IMG/VR virus record: IMGVR_UViG_3300031521_001337
Coordinates: 1-64,000 of that record
Reading direction: 5' to 3' (one strand)
Length of the DNA: 64,000 nucleotides
Both the position numbers and the translations under genes were made by a program. The notes beneath the pieces are model-generated. The model was not told the origin of the DNA and did no database searches. It was given only the letters and a program-made list of their open reading frames with translations. Below, piece after piece: positions 34,482 to 45,299 of the stretch. How positions within the stretch are numbered: the stretch's first letter is position 1; every line of letters starts with the position of its first letter.

Positions 34482-34748
34482 CCGTAAAACTTTACATATT
34501 GATACGCAAAATTTGTTGTATCAAACGCAAAAGTTTACTATATATACGAACGCGCGCGTAGTAAAATTAATTTTATTAAAAGGTAGAAGATATAAAAAGT
34601 ATTGAAAATAATTTTTAGGAAGTTCTGAATAATTTTTTTTGAAAAAATTTTTTTATTTTTATGAATCGAGTGGGTGGACAGTCATCTCTTCTACCCCCAG
34701 CAGGTCTTGAATGGAAAGTAAACTACTAACAAACAAAACTCTATCATT

Positions 34749-35246
34749 ATGAATATTGAAAAAAGACAAATTCCAGGTTGTAAACGTATTTTAACAACCT
34801 CAGAAATTCCTGCTCGTTTTGCCTCAATTGGTGGCGATACTTATGCGAAAGATACTGTAATTGAATTGGACGCCGTTGTTGAAATGGAAGCTATTTCACA
34901 GGGTGGAAAACCGTGGCTCGGTATCTCTGCACTTGTTAACGGTTCAGTTGCCGTGGTTGGTGCTAATACGTTAATGGGAATTTATTTCACAAGTGGCGAA
35001 CAATCAAAACGTGCCGTGATTGACAACGGTTTAAATTTGAGTGTTAAGGACTTGTTAGGTAAAACTATCAAAGTTGTAGACCACGAAACTGTAACTGTTA
35101 ATGCTTTCCGTACTGCTGACGAAATCGCCGAGGGTAAAGAAATCAAAGAGGTTGCAAAAAATATGCCTATCTTTGAACTTGTTAACGAATCAGTTGATAC
35201 TGAGGATGTTACAGTTGATACGGCTAAACCAGCCAAAAAGAAATAA
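34749..35246 (+). CDS. First early-arm protein, hypothetical
   Basis: 165-aa ORF followed by a strong terminator. Confidence 0.75.
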   Translation: MNIEKRQIPGCKRILTTSEIPARFASIGGDTYAKDTVIELDAVVEMEAISQGGKPWLGISALVNGSVAVVGANTLMGIYFTSGEQSKRAVIDNGLNLSVKDLLGKTIKVVDHETVTVNAFRTADEIAEGKEIKEVAKNMPIFELVNESVDTEDVTVDTAKPAKKK

Positions 35247-35262
35247 CATTTTAACAATGTTA

Positions 35263-35298
35263 TAAGAGAAGTACATTTTTGTACTTCTCTTTTTTTTA
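35263..35298 (+). terminator. Intrinsic terminator
   Basis: aagagaagtaca tttt tgtacttctctt followed by a T run. Confidence 0.8.
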
Positions 35299-35715
35299 CT
35301 ACGTAATTATATATTATAGTATTCAACTTAGTATAATTATGTATTACCAAATATTGAGTATAATTGTGAGCACATGGAAATGTATGAAAGGCACTTGGAT
35401 ATCATGCAATAAGTTCGAAGATGTCTTTGGACATGAACATAAAGTATATCCATACAAGATGAGATTAGAAGAATATGAGCCATTTTTCCCCATAGAATGC
35501 TATATCCAAACACGAAATGATATCATAACTAATGTGGTATTAAGATAGAGATGATTATTTAAAAAAATATTTGGGTTGATTGAGAGTAAACGAGCACTGA
35601 CAACGACTCTCAACCACTCCAAAAATAATCCCAATAATCATTCCAACCAAATTTTACATTGAAAACCCTACATATGACAAAACATATTTGGATTGATTAT
35701 GTAATATTATTAACA

Positions 35716-35794
35716 GAGTGCATATTGTAACAATTCAGTTACAATAGATTTATACAATTGGTATAAGTTTAGGTCCTACGCGATGCTCAAACTC
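35716..35794 (+). ncRNA. Candidate twister-sister-like self-cleaving RNA
   Basis: P1 GAGU/ACUC, internal loop GCAU / GCUCAA, two internal hairpins; a C^A cut at 35788 gives the same AAACUCAAAAAC leader as the hammerheads. Confidence 0.4.
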
Positions 35795-35806
35795 AAAAAC
35801 ATCATA

Positions 35807-36100
35807 ATGAAAACATCTGAAGAAAATGCTAAATTAGTTATATCATGTGTTAATAATATCATATCAAAAGAAATTGATTCTTTTAGTAAAATTGAATTAA
35901 CAAAAATTTTAAAAGAAACTAAATGTCCTTATTCGTCAAGTATATTTAATCTTCTCAAATCTTGTGAATTAATCACAAATATATCACGAGGTAAATATAT
36001 ATTTACTACAACTCAACCAATATATTATGGAATTATTCAAAAAGAACTTGATAAAGCTATGAAAATGCAACAAGTTTATAATCATAATTCTAAAAAATAA
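35807..36100 (+). CDS. Hypothetical protein (winged-HTH-like)
   Basis: Start MKTSEEN after an A-rich leader. Confidence 0.6.
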   Translation: MKTSEENAKLVISCVNNIISKEIDSFSKIELTKILKETKCPYSSSIFNLLKSCELITNISRGKYIFTTTQPIYYGIIQKELDKAMKMQQVYNHNSKK

Positions 36101-36169
36101 AACAATATATATTATTCATTTAAGTAATTTTGAACGTTGGTATTAGTCATTGTAAAATGATAACATACA

Positions 36170-36259
36170 ACTCAGCTAGAGAGAGTATAACATTGGTTTC
36201 CGATGAGATCTAGACGAAACGAGAGAATAAGAGGAAACTCTAAAACTCTCGTAAAACTC
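36170..36259 (+). ncRNA. Hammerhead ribozyme, pseudoknot type (U4C core variant)
   Basis: ACUC/GAGU hairpin; loop CUAGA pairs with loop II UCUAG; core CCGAUGA...GAAA; stem III CGAGAG/CUCUCG; GUA^ at 36253; stem I GUUU/AAAC. Confidence 0.7.
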
Positions 36260-36359
36260 AAAACACATATCACAATGAATAAAACTGTATATTTAGCATC
36301 ATCTAGTGATGCACGTCACACATTACACAAAGTTTATAAATCTTATAAACCAGGTAATA

Positions 36360-36635
36360 ATGGAAAAAATTAAGGTTGATTTCAAATCACAAACTTTAGA
36401 GATTATATCTAATATAACTGTAAAAGAGTTATTAGCTATTACAAATGCTGTTGATCTTTCAAGTTTTACAATAATTAGTTCAATAAATAAGCTTGAAATT
36501 ACAGGTGTTAGAACTGAATCTGAGAATATTATAATTCTTAAGAGTCTAGGTTATTATACAAATAAAGTAATTGCTGAAAAACTTGGATTAAGTGAACGAA
36601 CAGTTTATCGTAAACTAAAAGAATTAGGTATTTAA
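36360..36635 (+). CDS. HTH DNA-binding protein
   Basis: NKVIAEKLGLSERTVYRKLKELG. Confidence 0.7.
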   Translation: MEKIKVDFKSQTLEIISNITVKELLAITNAVDLSSFTIISSINKLEITGVRTESENIIILKSLGYYTNKVIAEKLGLSERTVYRKLKELGI

Positions 36636-36699
36636 TCACACACTTTTGAGTCTCCGAAAGCCGTAAGGTGATTAGGAGATTTATTAAACTTATTAAATT

Positions 36700-36927
36700 A
36701 TGATAATAACAATTTATCTCATTGGAATTCCGTTATTCCCATTCATTATTATGCTTTTCACAAAGTTCTTTCCAAATGTTTTAGAATGTGATGATCCTGC
36801 TGATTATGCATTGGGTTATGGAATGATGTCATTATTTTGGCCATTTGTATTATTTGTTGCATCAATAGGTATAATCTATTATAAGTTTTATCAAATGATA
36901 AATACTATAGATAAACATAAAAAGTAG
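36700..36927 (+). CDS. Small membrane protein
   Basis: Two TM segments, SLFWP motif. Confidence 0.6.
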   Translation: MIITIYLIGIPLFPFIIMLFTKFFPNVLECDDPADYALGYGMMSLFWPFVLFVASIGIIYYKFYQMINTIDKHKK

Positions 36928-37201
36928 CAATACTCTCTCATAAACATAATTGAAAAAATCATTAGATCTGATGGTTTTTAGTACGGTACAGATATCCCGG
37001 GTTCAATTATGTTTACTTTCATAAAAGACTTATGATTTGATTAACCGTCGTCCGACGGTGTTGCATACGGTGCATAATAGTCCGGAGCCTATCATGAGTC
37101 TTTTTTACAATATACATTCCTCATCAGTCTGTATTTCTTTCTAATTATCATTATTTCTATCCCAACTATATTTAGTATTACAGTGATGTAAGAACAATAT
37201 G

Positions 37202-37279
37202 ACTCAGCCTAGGAGAGTATAACATCAGTTTCTGAAGAGACTAGGACGAAACGGGGAGCTCATCACTCCCGTCAAACTC
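37202..37279 (+). ncRNA. Hammerhead ribozyme, pseudoknot type
   Basis: CUGAAGA-G...C-GAAA core; pseudoknot CCUAG/CUAGG; stem III CGGGG/UCCCG; GUC^ at 37273; stem I GUUU/AAAC. Confidence 0.88.
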
Positions 37280-37294
37280 AAAAACTTATTTATT

Positions 37295-39135
37295 ATGATA
37301 ACATTAATCATTATTTATATTATTGGATTAATATTATGTCCAATATTATTACTTGTATTAGAATATAATTTTCCTGGTAGTATGTATTTAAATAACGGTC
37401 AAAATATCGGAGCATTTTTACAACATCATTAATTTGACCAATAGGTTTAATAATAATGGCAATATTTTTATTTGATCATATTGCATCTAATATTCATAAA
37501 AATTAATCAAATGCTAAACATAATATTAATTACAATCGTTATCATTTTAATAGTGGTAATGGTTGCAATTTTAGTAGCTCTTATAGTTGATGTATTTACA
37601 TACTTTAAATTACCAAAGATATGTATATTATATGGTATTATAATACTATTATTAATTGTTAACATTGCTATTCATTTAGAAAAATCAGTTTAAAATGAAA
37701 TTAAAAATCTTTATTATTAATATTGTTGTAGCAATAGTATTAATTGTTTCTTTTACTGCATGTAATTCTCAATCAAGAAGACATGCTCCAGTATTATCAA
37801 AAACTTACACAATAACTTACAAAGGATATCTTTCTGGTAAGTTTCTAAAACGTTCTACATTCATTAGTGCTCGTACTCCAATTGAAGCTGTACAAATACT
37901 TAAAGAACAAACGTTTGTTGGATTCGATAGTATTAGTGTTAACTCAATTAGACCTAAAGAATAATGATTAAAATTATTGTTAATATTATTGTAATAGTTT
38001 TGGTTATTATTCTTTTACGAGTATTAACATCTTGTGAAGCAAGAAGTGGGCATATGCATCAAGCTACAAAACCCACAATTGCTACACAAGTTGAATCAAT
38101 AACTAAACCAAAACATAAATTGGTTTACACATATTACATCACACACATTAAATCTCGGGATAAAATCAAGGTTTATGTGTATGATGATGATATAACATCG
38201 TACGAGTATCCAATTGATAAATTTAAAATCAAATAATCATGATAATATTATTATTACTTTTATTATGTTTCGATATATTTCTAACAAGAAAATATTATAT
38301 TGAAAAAGATCTTACAGGTGTATTACTTGGAGGTTTTGCGTGTGGATTTATAATGTGTGGGATTGTACTTATGTTGTGTATTAAGTTTCACATTCCATTA
38401 CAATAATCATGGTACTATTCTTATTAATTGTTGGATATTTATTATCCATTGTTCTGTGTAGTGTCTTATATAGAATTGCATCTCCGAAGTATTTAGATAT
38501 ATTTAGTAAATATGAAGCTGAATGTGATTTTATGTGGTTTATTCCTGGAATAAATACATTAATAGTGATATTTATGATTGGATTATTATTAATTGTTTTT
38601 ATCTGTATGTTATGCGATAAACTCATAAAAAGAGTTCGCTTTAATATCCGATTTAAATGGTTAGATAATTTCATCACCAAATTTAAAAATGAAGATCTAT
38701 AATGTTAACTAAAACTCAAGCAATAGTAATTTGTTTATCACCGTTCTTAATCTTCTATTTATTTGTAGAATTGTGTGCAATGTTTATATCAATAGAATGT
38801 AAAATCAAAAAACATGACTAAAACTGAAAAAACTCTATTATACATTGCACCATGGATTATCTTTTACTTGTTAGGTTCATTTATTGGACTACAATTCAAT
38901 ATTATCAAATGGCAAGAAGAATCACGAATGGGATATGTAATGCTTTCTTTACTTATTGATTGTGGAATATTAATGTTTAAATACATAAGCTAATGGTAAT
39001 TATACTCAGTCTATGTTTAGCATTTGATATATTTATGGGATTAATATGTTTTGATAAAGAAAATCATATTATGTCGCATTTATATGCTGCCGCAGCTGGA
39101 TTTTTATTAGCTGCAATTATTGTAAATATACTTTA
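37295..39135 (+). other. Cluster of small membrane and lipoprotein genes (e.g. 37695..37964, 37964..38236, 38409..38702)
   Basis: Tightly coupled short hydrophobic ORFs; lipobox-like FTAC and LTSC. Confidence 0.6.
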
Positions 39136-39139
39136 AACT

Positions 39140-39689
39140 CTTAGCATCAAGCAACTTTCATCAGATAAACGGTTGGATATGTATATTCTCTATATAATAA
39201 CGTTATAAATAATATAATCTCTTATATAAGAAGCATATCTGAATAACTAATCAAGAAGAGATTCAGTATGGTGGTTTGATGCCTTTAAACAGTATAATAC
39301 TAACTGCAAATAAGTATAATGAAAACCTGTGCGCAATCCTCCGATGAAAGTGTGGAACTTCCGAGTGTAAGGTATAACGGCTATATGTACAAATAGCATC
39401 CATTCTGTCAATCCTTGAAGACAAATTAATAAAAGATAGGTATACTAAAACCGATGCCGTGCTAATTGCTGGTGTCAAAAACAAGCCAACGTAATATCGT
39501 CCTGAAACTGGCTATGGGAGCAAAAGGGTGAAGCTCTTTATTACGAAAGAATGCTTCCCGGTTAGATTCACCGATTTTATCGGTGATGTACCGCGAAGTA
39601 AACAATGGTTATCATATTAATTTTGATAACAAACACTAAGGGAGTACACATCGTCGCATTTGGACATATAGTGTGTACTCTCTTTTTTA
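39140..39689 (+). ncRNA. Candidate large structured ncRNA (about 550 nt)
   Basis: No credible ORF; crossing 9-bp helices 39144-52/39274-82 and 39154-62/39343-51; several hairpins; ends in a terminator. Confidence 0.55.
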
Positions 39690-39692
39690 TTA

Positions 39693-39761
39693 ACTCAACC
39701 AGTAGAGTATAAAATAGTTTCTGATGAGACTGGACGAAATATGTTTAAACATATCAAACTC
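39693..39761 (+). ncRNA. Hammerhead ribozyme, pseudoknot type
   Basis: CUGAUGA-G...C-GAAA; pseudoknot CCAGU/ACUGG; stem III hairpin UAUGUUU-AAACAUA; AUC^ at 39755. Confidence 0.9.
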
Positions 39762-39777
39762 AAAAACAAATAAGATT

Positions 39778-39954
39778 ATGTCAAAAACTAAATCAATCAT
39801 CGCCATAACAGGTAACAATGTAAAAGTAGAAATAATATCAGGTTTAACTCCAAGACAAGCAGCTTATCAAAGAAGAGAGCTTGCTACATCCGAAGAAAAC
39901 TTTGATATGTTAGGTAAAACATGTGCAATTTATCGTACTAAAACTTGTAAGTAA
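39778..39954 (+). CDS. Small hypothetical protein downstream of ribozyme
   Basis: Start MSKTKSII; the track start at 39724 falls inside the ribozyme core. Confidence 0.6.
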   Translation: MSKTKSIIAITGNNVKVEIISGLTPRQAAYQRRELATSEENFDMLGKTCAIYRTKTCK

Positions 39955-40374
39955 TGAAACTATTTAAAGCTATTGCTATTGTAATAATGTGTGTGTCAGT
40001 TGGATTATTTATCTTAACACTATTTAAATAATGCATATCACATTCGAACCCGCATTTGGAGTATTGTTGATTGTTATCGCTCATACAATAATAACCCATT
40101 TATTTAATTGGTTACATCGTGTCGTACTTAAAGAATTCGAGATTTTCGTAATATTTATAGGATTATTTCATTTTTGTGAAGTAATGTTTGTATTTGCTAT
40201 GTTAACCGGTCTTTATTTAAAGTAAACTCTTTCGAGTTTCCAAACCATAGAAATATGGGGAGGAAACTCTTTTAATCTAATTAGTGTGTAAGATAGGTAC
40301 ATTAGGTGTACGCGCTACAGTTGGTAATTCTTATAAAAGGTGCAACCTTTCACACTTATTTCAAAACTTAAAAT

Positions 40375-40683
40375 ATGAATAAAATTACATTAAATAAAAG
40401 TTATGAATGTGATATATTAATTAGAGTATATGAATCACAAAATCCAAATGTACCTGAAAGTGATCAAATTGTAGGTGAAGTTTTATTTAAAGATAAACCT
40501 CATATTAGAGCATCTGCTTGGCTTCCAAAAGGTATTGCTGAATTTATAAATTCTGAACTATTAAAAATAGAAGATAAAAATTATAATATTCATATTTCTA
40601 ATGAATTACCATATCAAGTTGGAGTTCTCACTTCATGTAAAGAAAATTTTGATTTATATATGAATAAATTATTAAATAAATAA
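40375..40683 (+). CDS. Hypothetical protein
   Basis: 102-aa ORF with A-rich leader. Confidence 0.6.
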   Translation: MNKITLNKSYECDILIRVYESQNPNVPESDQIVGEVLFKDKPHIRASAWLPKGIAEFINSELLKIEDKNYNIHISNELPYQVGVLTSCKENFDLYMNKLLNK

Positions 40684-40690
40684 AAACAAA

Positions 40691-41179
40691 ATGGATTATA
40701 TTAAACTCTTTTATTGGCTCACAGTAGTCGATGGTTTCAAACATGTACTTTTAGGAGTATTAATTATCTTCGGAATTCTTTTAGCACTCAATGTTATATT
40801 GAAGCTGGTTTCATTTATCGAAAGTGATGAAGATTTAAATGATCGTTGTAGTAAACCTTTACGTTGGATAATTCCAATATTCTCAATTTGTTTACTTGCT
40901 CATGCATTCATACCAAGTAAAAAAGATACGTTGTTAATCATTGGTGGTGGAACTGCTATGAATTATGTTACAACTGATTCAACATGTAAACAAATTCCTA
41001 AAGAACTAAGTACATTTGTTATATCCGAATTAAAAGCAATGTCTGCGGATGCTAAAACAAGCTTAGGTGTTGTCGATCAACAAAATAAATTACTTGATGA
41101 AGCCAAGAAAATGTCTTCTAAAGAACTCATTGAGAAAATGAAGAATGATACATCATTTGCTAAAATTCTCTTAAAATAA
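40691..41179 (+). CDS. Membrane protein
   Basis: LFYWLTVVD, TM helices, FIPSKKD. Confidence 0.7.
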   Translation: MDYIKLFYWLTVVDGFKHVLLGVLIIFGILLALNVILKLVSFIESDEDLNDRCSKPLRWIIPIFSICLLAHAFIPSKKDTLLIIGGGTAMNYVTTDSTCKQIPKELSTFVISELKAMSADAKTSLGVVDQQNKLLDEAKKMSSKELIEKMKNDTSFAKILLK

Positions 41180-41267
41180 TTAAGCCATAGTTAGTATTTG
41201 TAAATTTTTATTGGATTTATACAGAACATTGTGAAATGTGAAGTATATTAGTATTATTATTTGATTT

Positions 41268-41303
41268 AAACGCAGCGGTTATAACGTCCGCTGCGTTTTT
41301 ATT
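41268..41303 (+). terminator. Terminator-like hairpin directly before hammerhead
   Basis: aaacgcagcgg...ccgctgcgttttt. Confidence 0.75.
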
Positions 41304-41305
41304 CA

Positions 41306-41370
41306 CCTCATCCAGAAGAGGCTAAAAAGTTTACTGAAGAGGCTGGACGAAACACATTATGTATAAACTC
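41306..41370 (+). ncRNA. Hammerhead ribozyme, pseudoknot type
   Basis: CCUC/GAGG hairpin; pseudoknot UCCAG/CUGGA; CUGAAGA...GAAA; short stem III; GUA^ at 41363; stem I GUUUA/UAAAC. Confidence 0.82.
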
Positions 41371-41532
41371 AAAACAAATTAAAAATGGAAAAAACTATTG
41401 TATTATCCGAAGTGGTTACTAAACACAAAAAGGTTAAAGCAGGTAAAATATTAACCTCATCTCAAAATGAAAAGCAAATTATGCGTAAAGCATGGAATGC
41501 AAAGTCTGATACTTTAATATCTTACAAGTAAA

Positions 41533-41853
41533 ATGATTGAACCAATTAGACCAAATCAGGTTAAACGTATTTTACCTGATTATATCATTGATTCAGTGAA
41601 TCAATTGATTGAAGAAAGATATAATGGTGGGTCTTTTACAATTACAAAGAAAGAAATCATTACTAAAGCTTTTAATCATCCGGATCAAACTGAATATGAA
41701 AATCGTTCATCATTTGAAAGACATTTATATGATAAAAAATATTTAGATTTCGAATCTCTTTATCACAAAGCTGGTTGGGAATGTGAATATATGTCTCCTG
41801 ATCGAGGTAATTCTAATTTTGATTCTTATTACAAATTCATTAATAAATTGTAA
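41533..41853 (+). CDS. Conserved phage hypothetical protein
   Basis: PIRP...LPDYIIDSVNQLI...LDFESLYHKAGWECEY. Confidence 0.7.
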   Translation: MIEPIRPNQVKRILPDYIIDSVNQLIEERYNGGSFTITKKEIITKAFNHPDQTEYENRSSFERHLYDKKYLDFESLYHKAGWECEYMSPDRGNSNFDSYYKFINKL

Positions 41854-41933
41854 CATGCAATTATCCTTAGGAATCATCATCATTGTAGCGATAGCTGCAG
41901 TGATGATAACTAACATCATTAAATCTAGATAGT

Positions 41934-42350
41934 ATGATAATTAAAATATTAGATTACGTAAGACAAGGAATATTTATTGCAATATTCTTTTTTATGTGTT
42001 TTTCATTTGGATATTTTTGTTATAATCCAAGTTGTCAAGGTACGATTATTCATCAAAAAGGTACTGTTACTGGAATGTGGGATCTTGGTGACAATGATTT
42101 ACAAATTTTTGTTACATATAAAGATGATTTTGGTGAATTTATTGATGTTCCTCGTAAAGAATTTAATAAAATAAAACTTAAAGATTCATATATTGGTAAT
42201 AAAACCAAAGAGATAGAACTTCCAATTATTTTTAAATGTTCTTATATATGTGGTATTATATCATCTATACTTTTATTTGGAATAACTTTATTGTGGTTAA
42301 TTTGTGGTAGTCATGTGTTCACCAAAAAATGGTGGTACGATAATTTTTAA
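41934..42350 (+). CDS. Membrane protein
   Basis: N- and C-terminal TM segments. Confidence 0.6.
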   Translation: MIIKILDYVRQGIFIAIFFFMCFSFGYFCYNPSCQGTIIHQKGTVTGMWDLGDNDLQIFVTYKDDFGEFIDVPRKEFNKIKLKDSYIGNKTKEIELPIIFKCSYICGIISSILLFGITLLWLICGSHVFTKKWWYDNF

Positions 42351-42591
42351 ATATGATAAAACTCATAACATTTAATGACACTAATGCTATTTGGACTGAC
42401 GAAGCTGTTGCTCCGTTATCCCAAATAGTGTGTCGTCAGTTACAGAACTTAGAACTTTTGCCTGATTATGTTATGTTGCAATTTAATTGTAATGAAGCTG
42501 ATCTTGCTCGAGTATCTAATAGTAGAAATCAATTTCATGCGTGTATTCAACGGTATTATGTACCAGAGTTATTAATTAAATCTAAAAAGAC

Positions 42592-45249
42592 ATGTTAAAG
42601 AATAAATATTTAAAATATAATCCGTCTATTACTTTTGAAATATTTGAAAAAGTATATGATAAATTAATAGGTCAAGGATGGAATACTTCTGTTCCTAAAG
42701 ATACTTTATATCGTCAATTTAGTGGAGGAACATGGCCTTATATAGTTAATACTAGAGAAAAAGAATTTTATTCAAGACATAATAGTAATAATAAAACAGA
42801 AATAACTATTCAAGAACTTTTAGGTTATGATCCATTTGTTTCTGATGATTTATTAGAAAGGTGGCTTAAAGAAACCAAAGAAAGATCATTTTCTTTATAC
42901 GGATTAGAAAATCATATTTCATTAGGTGCAACTTGTCCATATGAAGAAGTTTATTTAAAATTAAAAGGAAGTAATCCTAAAGAAAGAGCTCAAATTCTTT
43001 ATGATTTATGGAATTCTGAATTAACTTCATTACCTAAAAAATGGTGTATTGCTGTTAATAAACTTATGCCTGATTTTGAATTGATTAGTGAATGGCGAAA
43101 AAAAACATCTCGTTATGATGATGAATATAGAGGAACTGCCGGTTATTTATTTGAAGATGGTGCTTGGAATAATATAAATCATTTAGAAGTTCCTGAACTC
43201 ACAATGGATCAGTTTAAAAAATGGGTATTTAAACCTAAAGAATTCACATTACCATTAAAATGGCGTGTTATAGCTACTTCTGAAGCTGAAGGTAAACTTC
43301 TTATTCCTTATGCTAATGAATTATTTAAATCAAAAGGGTGGACTAACAGTAATGTACAAAATTATTGGTTATGTATAAGTCCTGGTAAGTTTAATAGTTT
43401 GTCAAAAAATACTGATAAGCTTAGTGAATATGAAGAAATAACTTTTACTCAATTCAAACAATATGTTTTGAAAGAAACTTCAACTAATACAGAAAAGGAT
43501 TGGACTAAAGTTTCTAAAGAAGAACTTCTTGCTGAAGCTAATAAAAGGTATCCTATTGGAACTAAATACAGAAATAAACCAACTGGATCAATATATACAT
43601 TAGGATCTAAATTAACAATTGATCCAAGAAATAATGTATGTGATGAAGCTAGACAATGTCATGTATTTCTTTGTGGTAAATGGGCTGAAATAGTTGAATT
43701 AGCGAAAAAAGATTGGAATGAACGTGATACTCAAGAAGTTTTAGACGAAGCAATTCGTCGTTATCCTATTGGTACTATTGTTATGTCTCCTGTGGTTTCA
43801 AATGATAAATATACTGTTTTAAAAACTCCTGCATTTTTTAAAGAAAATAAAAGAGTTATAACAGATGGTGACAAAAAAGTTACATTATTTGACTTTGATA
43901 AAAATACTTGGGCAGAAATTGTTAAAGAAACTCAACCTGAAAAATGGTCTGTTGGCACTTATGTTGTGCTTTTAAAAGATTATGGTGGACATCCTAAAGG
44001 AACTATTGATAAAATAATAAGAGATAATGGTCCAGTAACTGTTAAAGTATCACTTCCTTATAATGGAACTGATTATTGTAATTTATCTAAAGCTAGTGAA
44101 GCTAAATGGTTTGCTACTAAATCTGAAGCTGAAGCATTTGCAAAAACTCAATTTGAAGAACCTATGTCAACAGAAGACGATTTAACCGGTCGATATTTAA
44201 GAGCAACTGTGGATCATCCACAAAGTACATCATTAAAAAAAGGTGATATTATTAAAATTCTTGATCAATTTTCACTTGTTTCTTATCAAATTGAAAAAGG
44301 TTGGACTTATACAACAAACAATTCTACTTCATCTGATTTTGAAGTGTTACCAAAGGATTATAAACCAGAAAGTACATCACCTAATTTGAATTTTCAACAT
44401 AATGAATTTTATAGGGTAACTTTATCAAAGTATAGTTATATCTTTCTATTTACTGATGCAAAATTAGAAAAAGAAAGAATAGATACAATAATTTATTATG
44501 ATTGTTGTAATAAAAAATGTCTTGAGAACGGTGGATTTATTTATTTAAAAGATATAACTGTATGTGAACGAGTTCCATTTGAAACAGTAAAACGTGATTA
44601 TTCTGAATTGTATTGTAAGATATATACTCAACCAAAATCTGAAACACCATCAAAATTCGAAGTAAGTAAATGGTATTCGCAAGATGCTAGTGGAAATGCT
44701 AAGAATTTTCGTAAATGTTTTAAGGTTCATACAGATCATTTTGAATATGATGAATGTATTAATCGTGGAGTATGGAAAAAAGATTCAGCACATACTTATT
44801 GGGATACTCCGCATTTAGCTGATATGGAAGTTGTTAATAAGATTATTAATGATCATATTTCACGAACTGAACCTAAATCAAAATTATATGAAGGTTATAC
44901 TGTTGGTGATTATATTACAATTACTAGAGAACCTAAATTGTGGTCAAGTCGTTGTAATCGTAAAAATCTACTTACTAAAGTATCATATCCATTTACAGCA
45001 AAAATTACTAGAATTAAAATAGACGGTTTCGATTGTCATATTGAAGCTGGTGATGGTGGTTGGTCTTTAGATCACATGCTTAAAAATAGTTGCGTTCGTA
45101 AAGCTACATCTGAAGAGATTGGTAATTTAATCCACAATGAAATGAATAAATTATTGAATATTCCTTATAAATTTGCATCAGAACATTCTGTTATAGCATC
45201 AAAGAATTTTGATGATGAAATCGATTTTATTTATCTTTCAGAAGATTAA
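42592..45249 (+). CDS. Large mosaic repeat protein
   Basis: Repeats LxEAxxRYPIGT...WAEIV and ITFxQFKxxV; all Trp are TGG. Confidence 0.75.
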   Translation: MLKNKYLKYNPSITFEIFEKVYDKLIGQGWNTSVPKDTLYRQFSGGTWPYIVNTREKEFYSRHNSNNKTEITIQELLGYDPFVSDDLLERWLKETKERSFSLYGLENHISLGATCPYEEVYLKLKGSNPKERAQILYDLWNSELTSLPKKWCIAVNKLMPDFELISEWRKKTSRYDDEYRGTAGYLFEDGAWNNINHLEVPELTMDQFKKWVFKPKEFTLPLKWRVIATSEAEGKLLIPYANELFKSKGWTNSNVQNYWLCISPGKFNSLSKNTDKLSEYEEITFTQFKQYVLKETSTNTEKDWTKVSKEELLAEANKRYPIGTKYRNKPTGSIYTLGSKLTIDPRNNVCDEARQCHVFLCGKWAEIVELAKKDWNERDTQEVLDEAIRRYPIGTIVMSPVVSNDKYTVLKTPAFFKENKRVITDGDKKVTLFDFDKNTWAEIVKETQPEKWSVGTYVVLLKDYGGHPKGTIDKIIRDNGPVTVKVSLPYNGTDYCNLSKASEAKWFATKSEAEAFAKTQFEEPMSTEDDLTGRYLRATVDHPQSTSLKKGDIIKILDQFSLVSYQIEKGWTYTTNNSTSSDFEVLPKDYKPESTSPNLNFQHNEFYRVTLSKYSYIFLFTDAKLEKERIDTIIYYDCCNKKCLENGGFIYLKDITVCERVPFETVKRDYSELYCKIYTQPKSETPSKFEVSKWYSQDASGNAKNFRKCFKVHTDHFEYDECINRGVWKKDSAHTYWDTPHLADMEVVNKIINDHISRTEPKSKLYEGYTVGDYITITREPKLWSSRCNRKNLLTKVSYPFTAKITRIKIDGFDCHIEAGDGGWSLDHMLKNSCVRKATSEEIGNLIHNEMNKLLNIPYKFASEHSVIASKNFDDEIDFIYLSED

Positions 45250-45299
45250 CAAATAAAAATAATTAAAATAAATCAATTAAATTTTTAAAAATTAAAGTT

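Noticed and set aside
39328-39560. Group II intron (GTGCG start, AGC hairpin)
   Set aside because: The hairpin does not fit domain V length or consensus; there is no RT gene or split exon.
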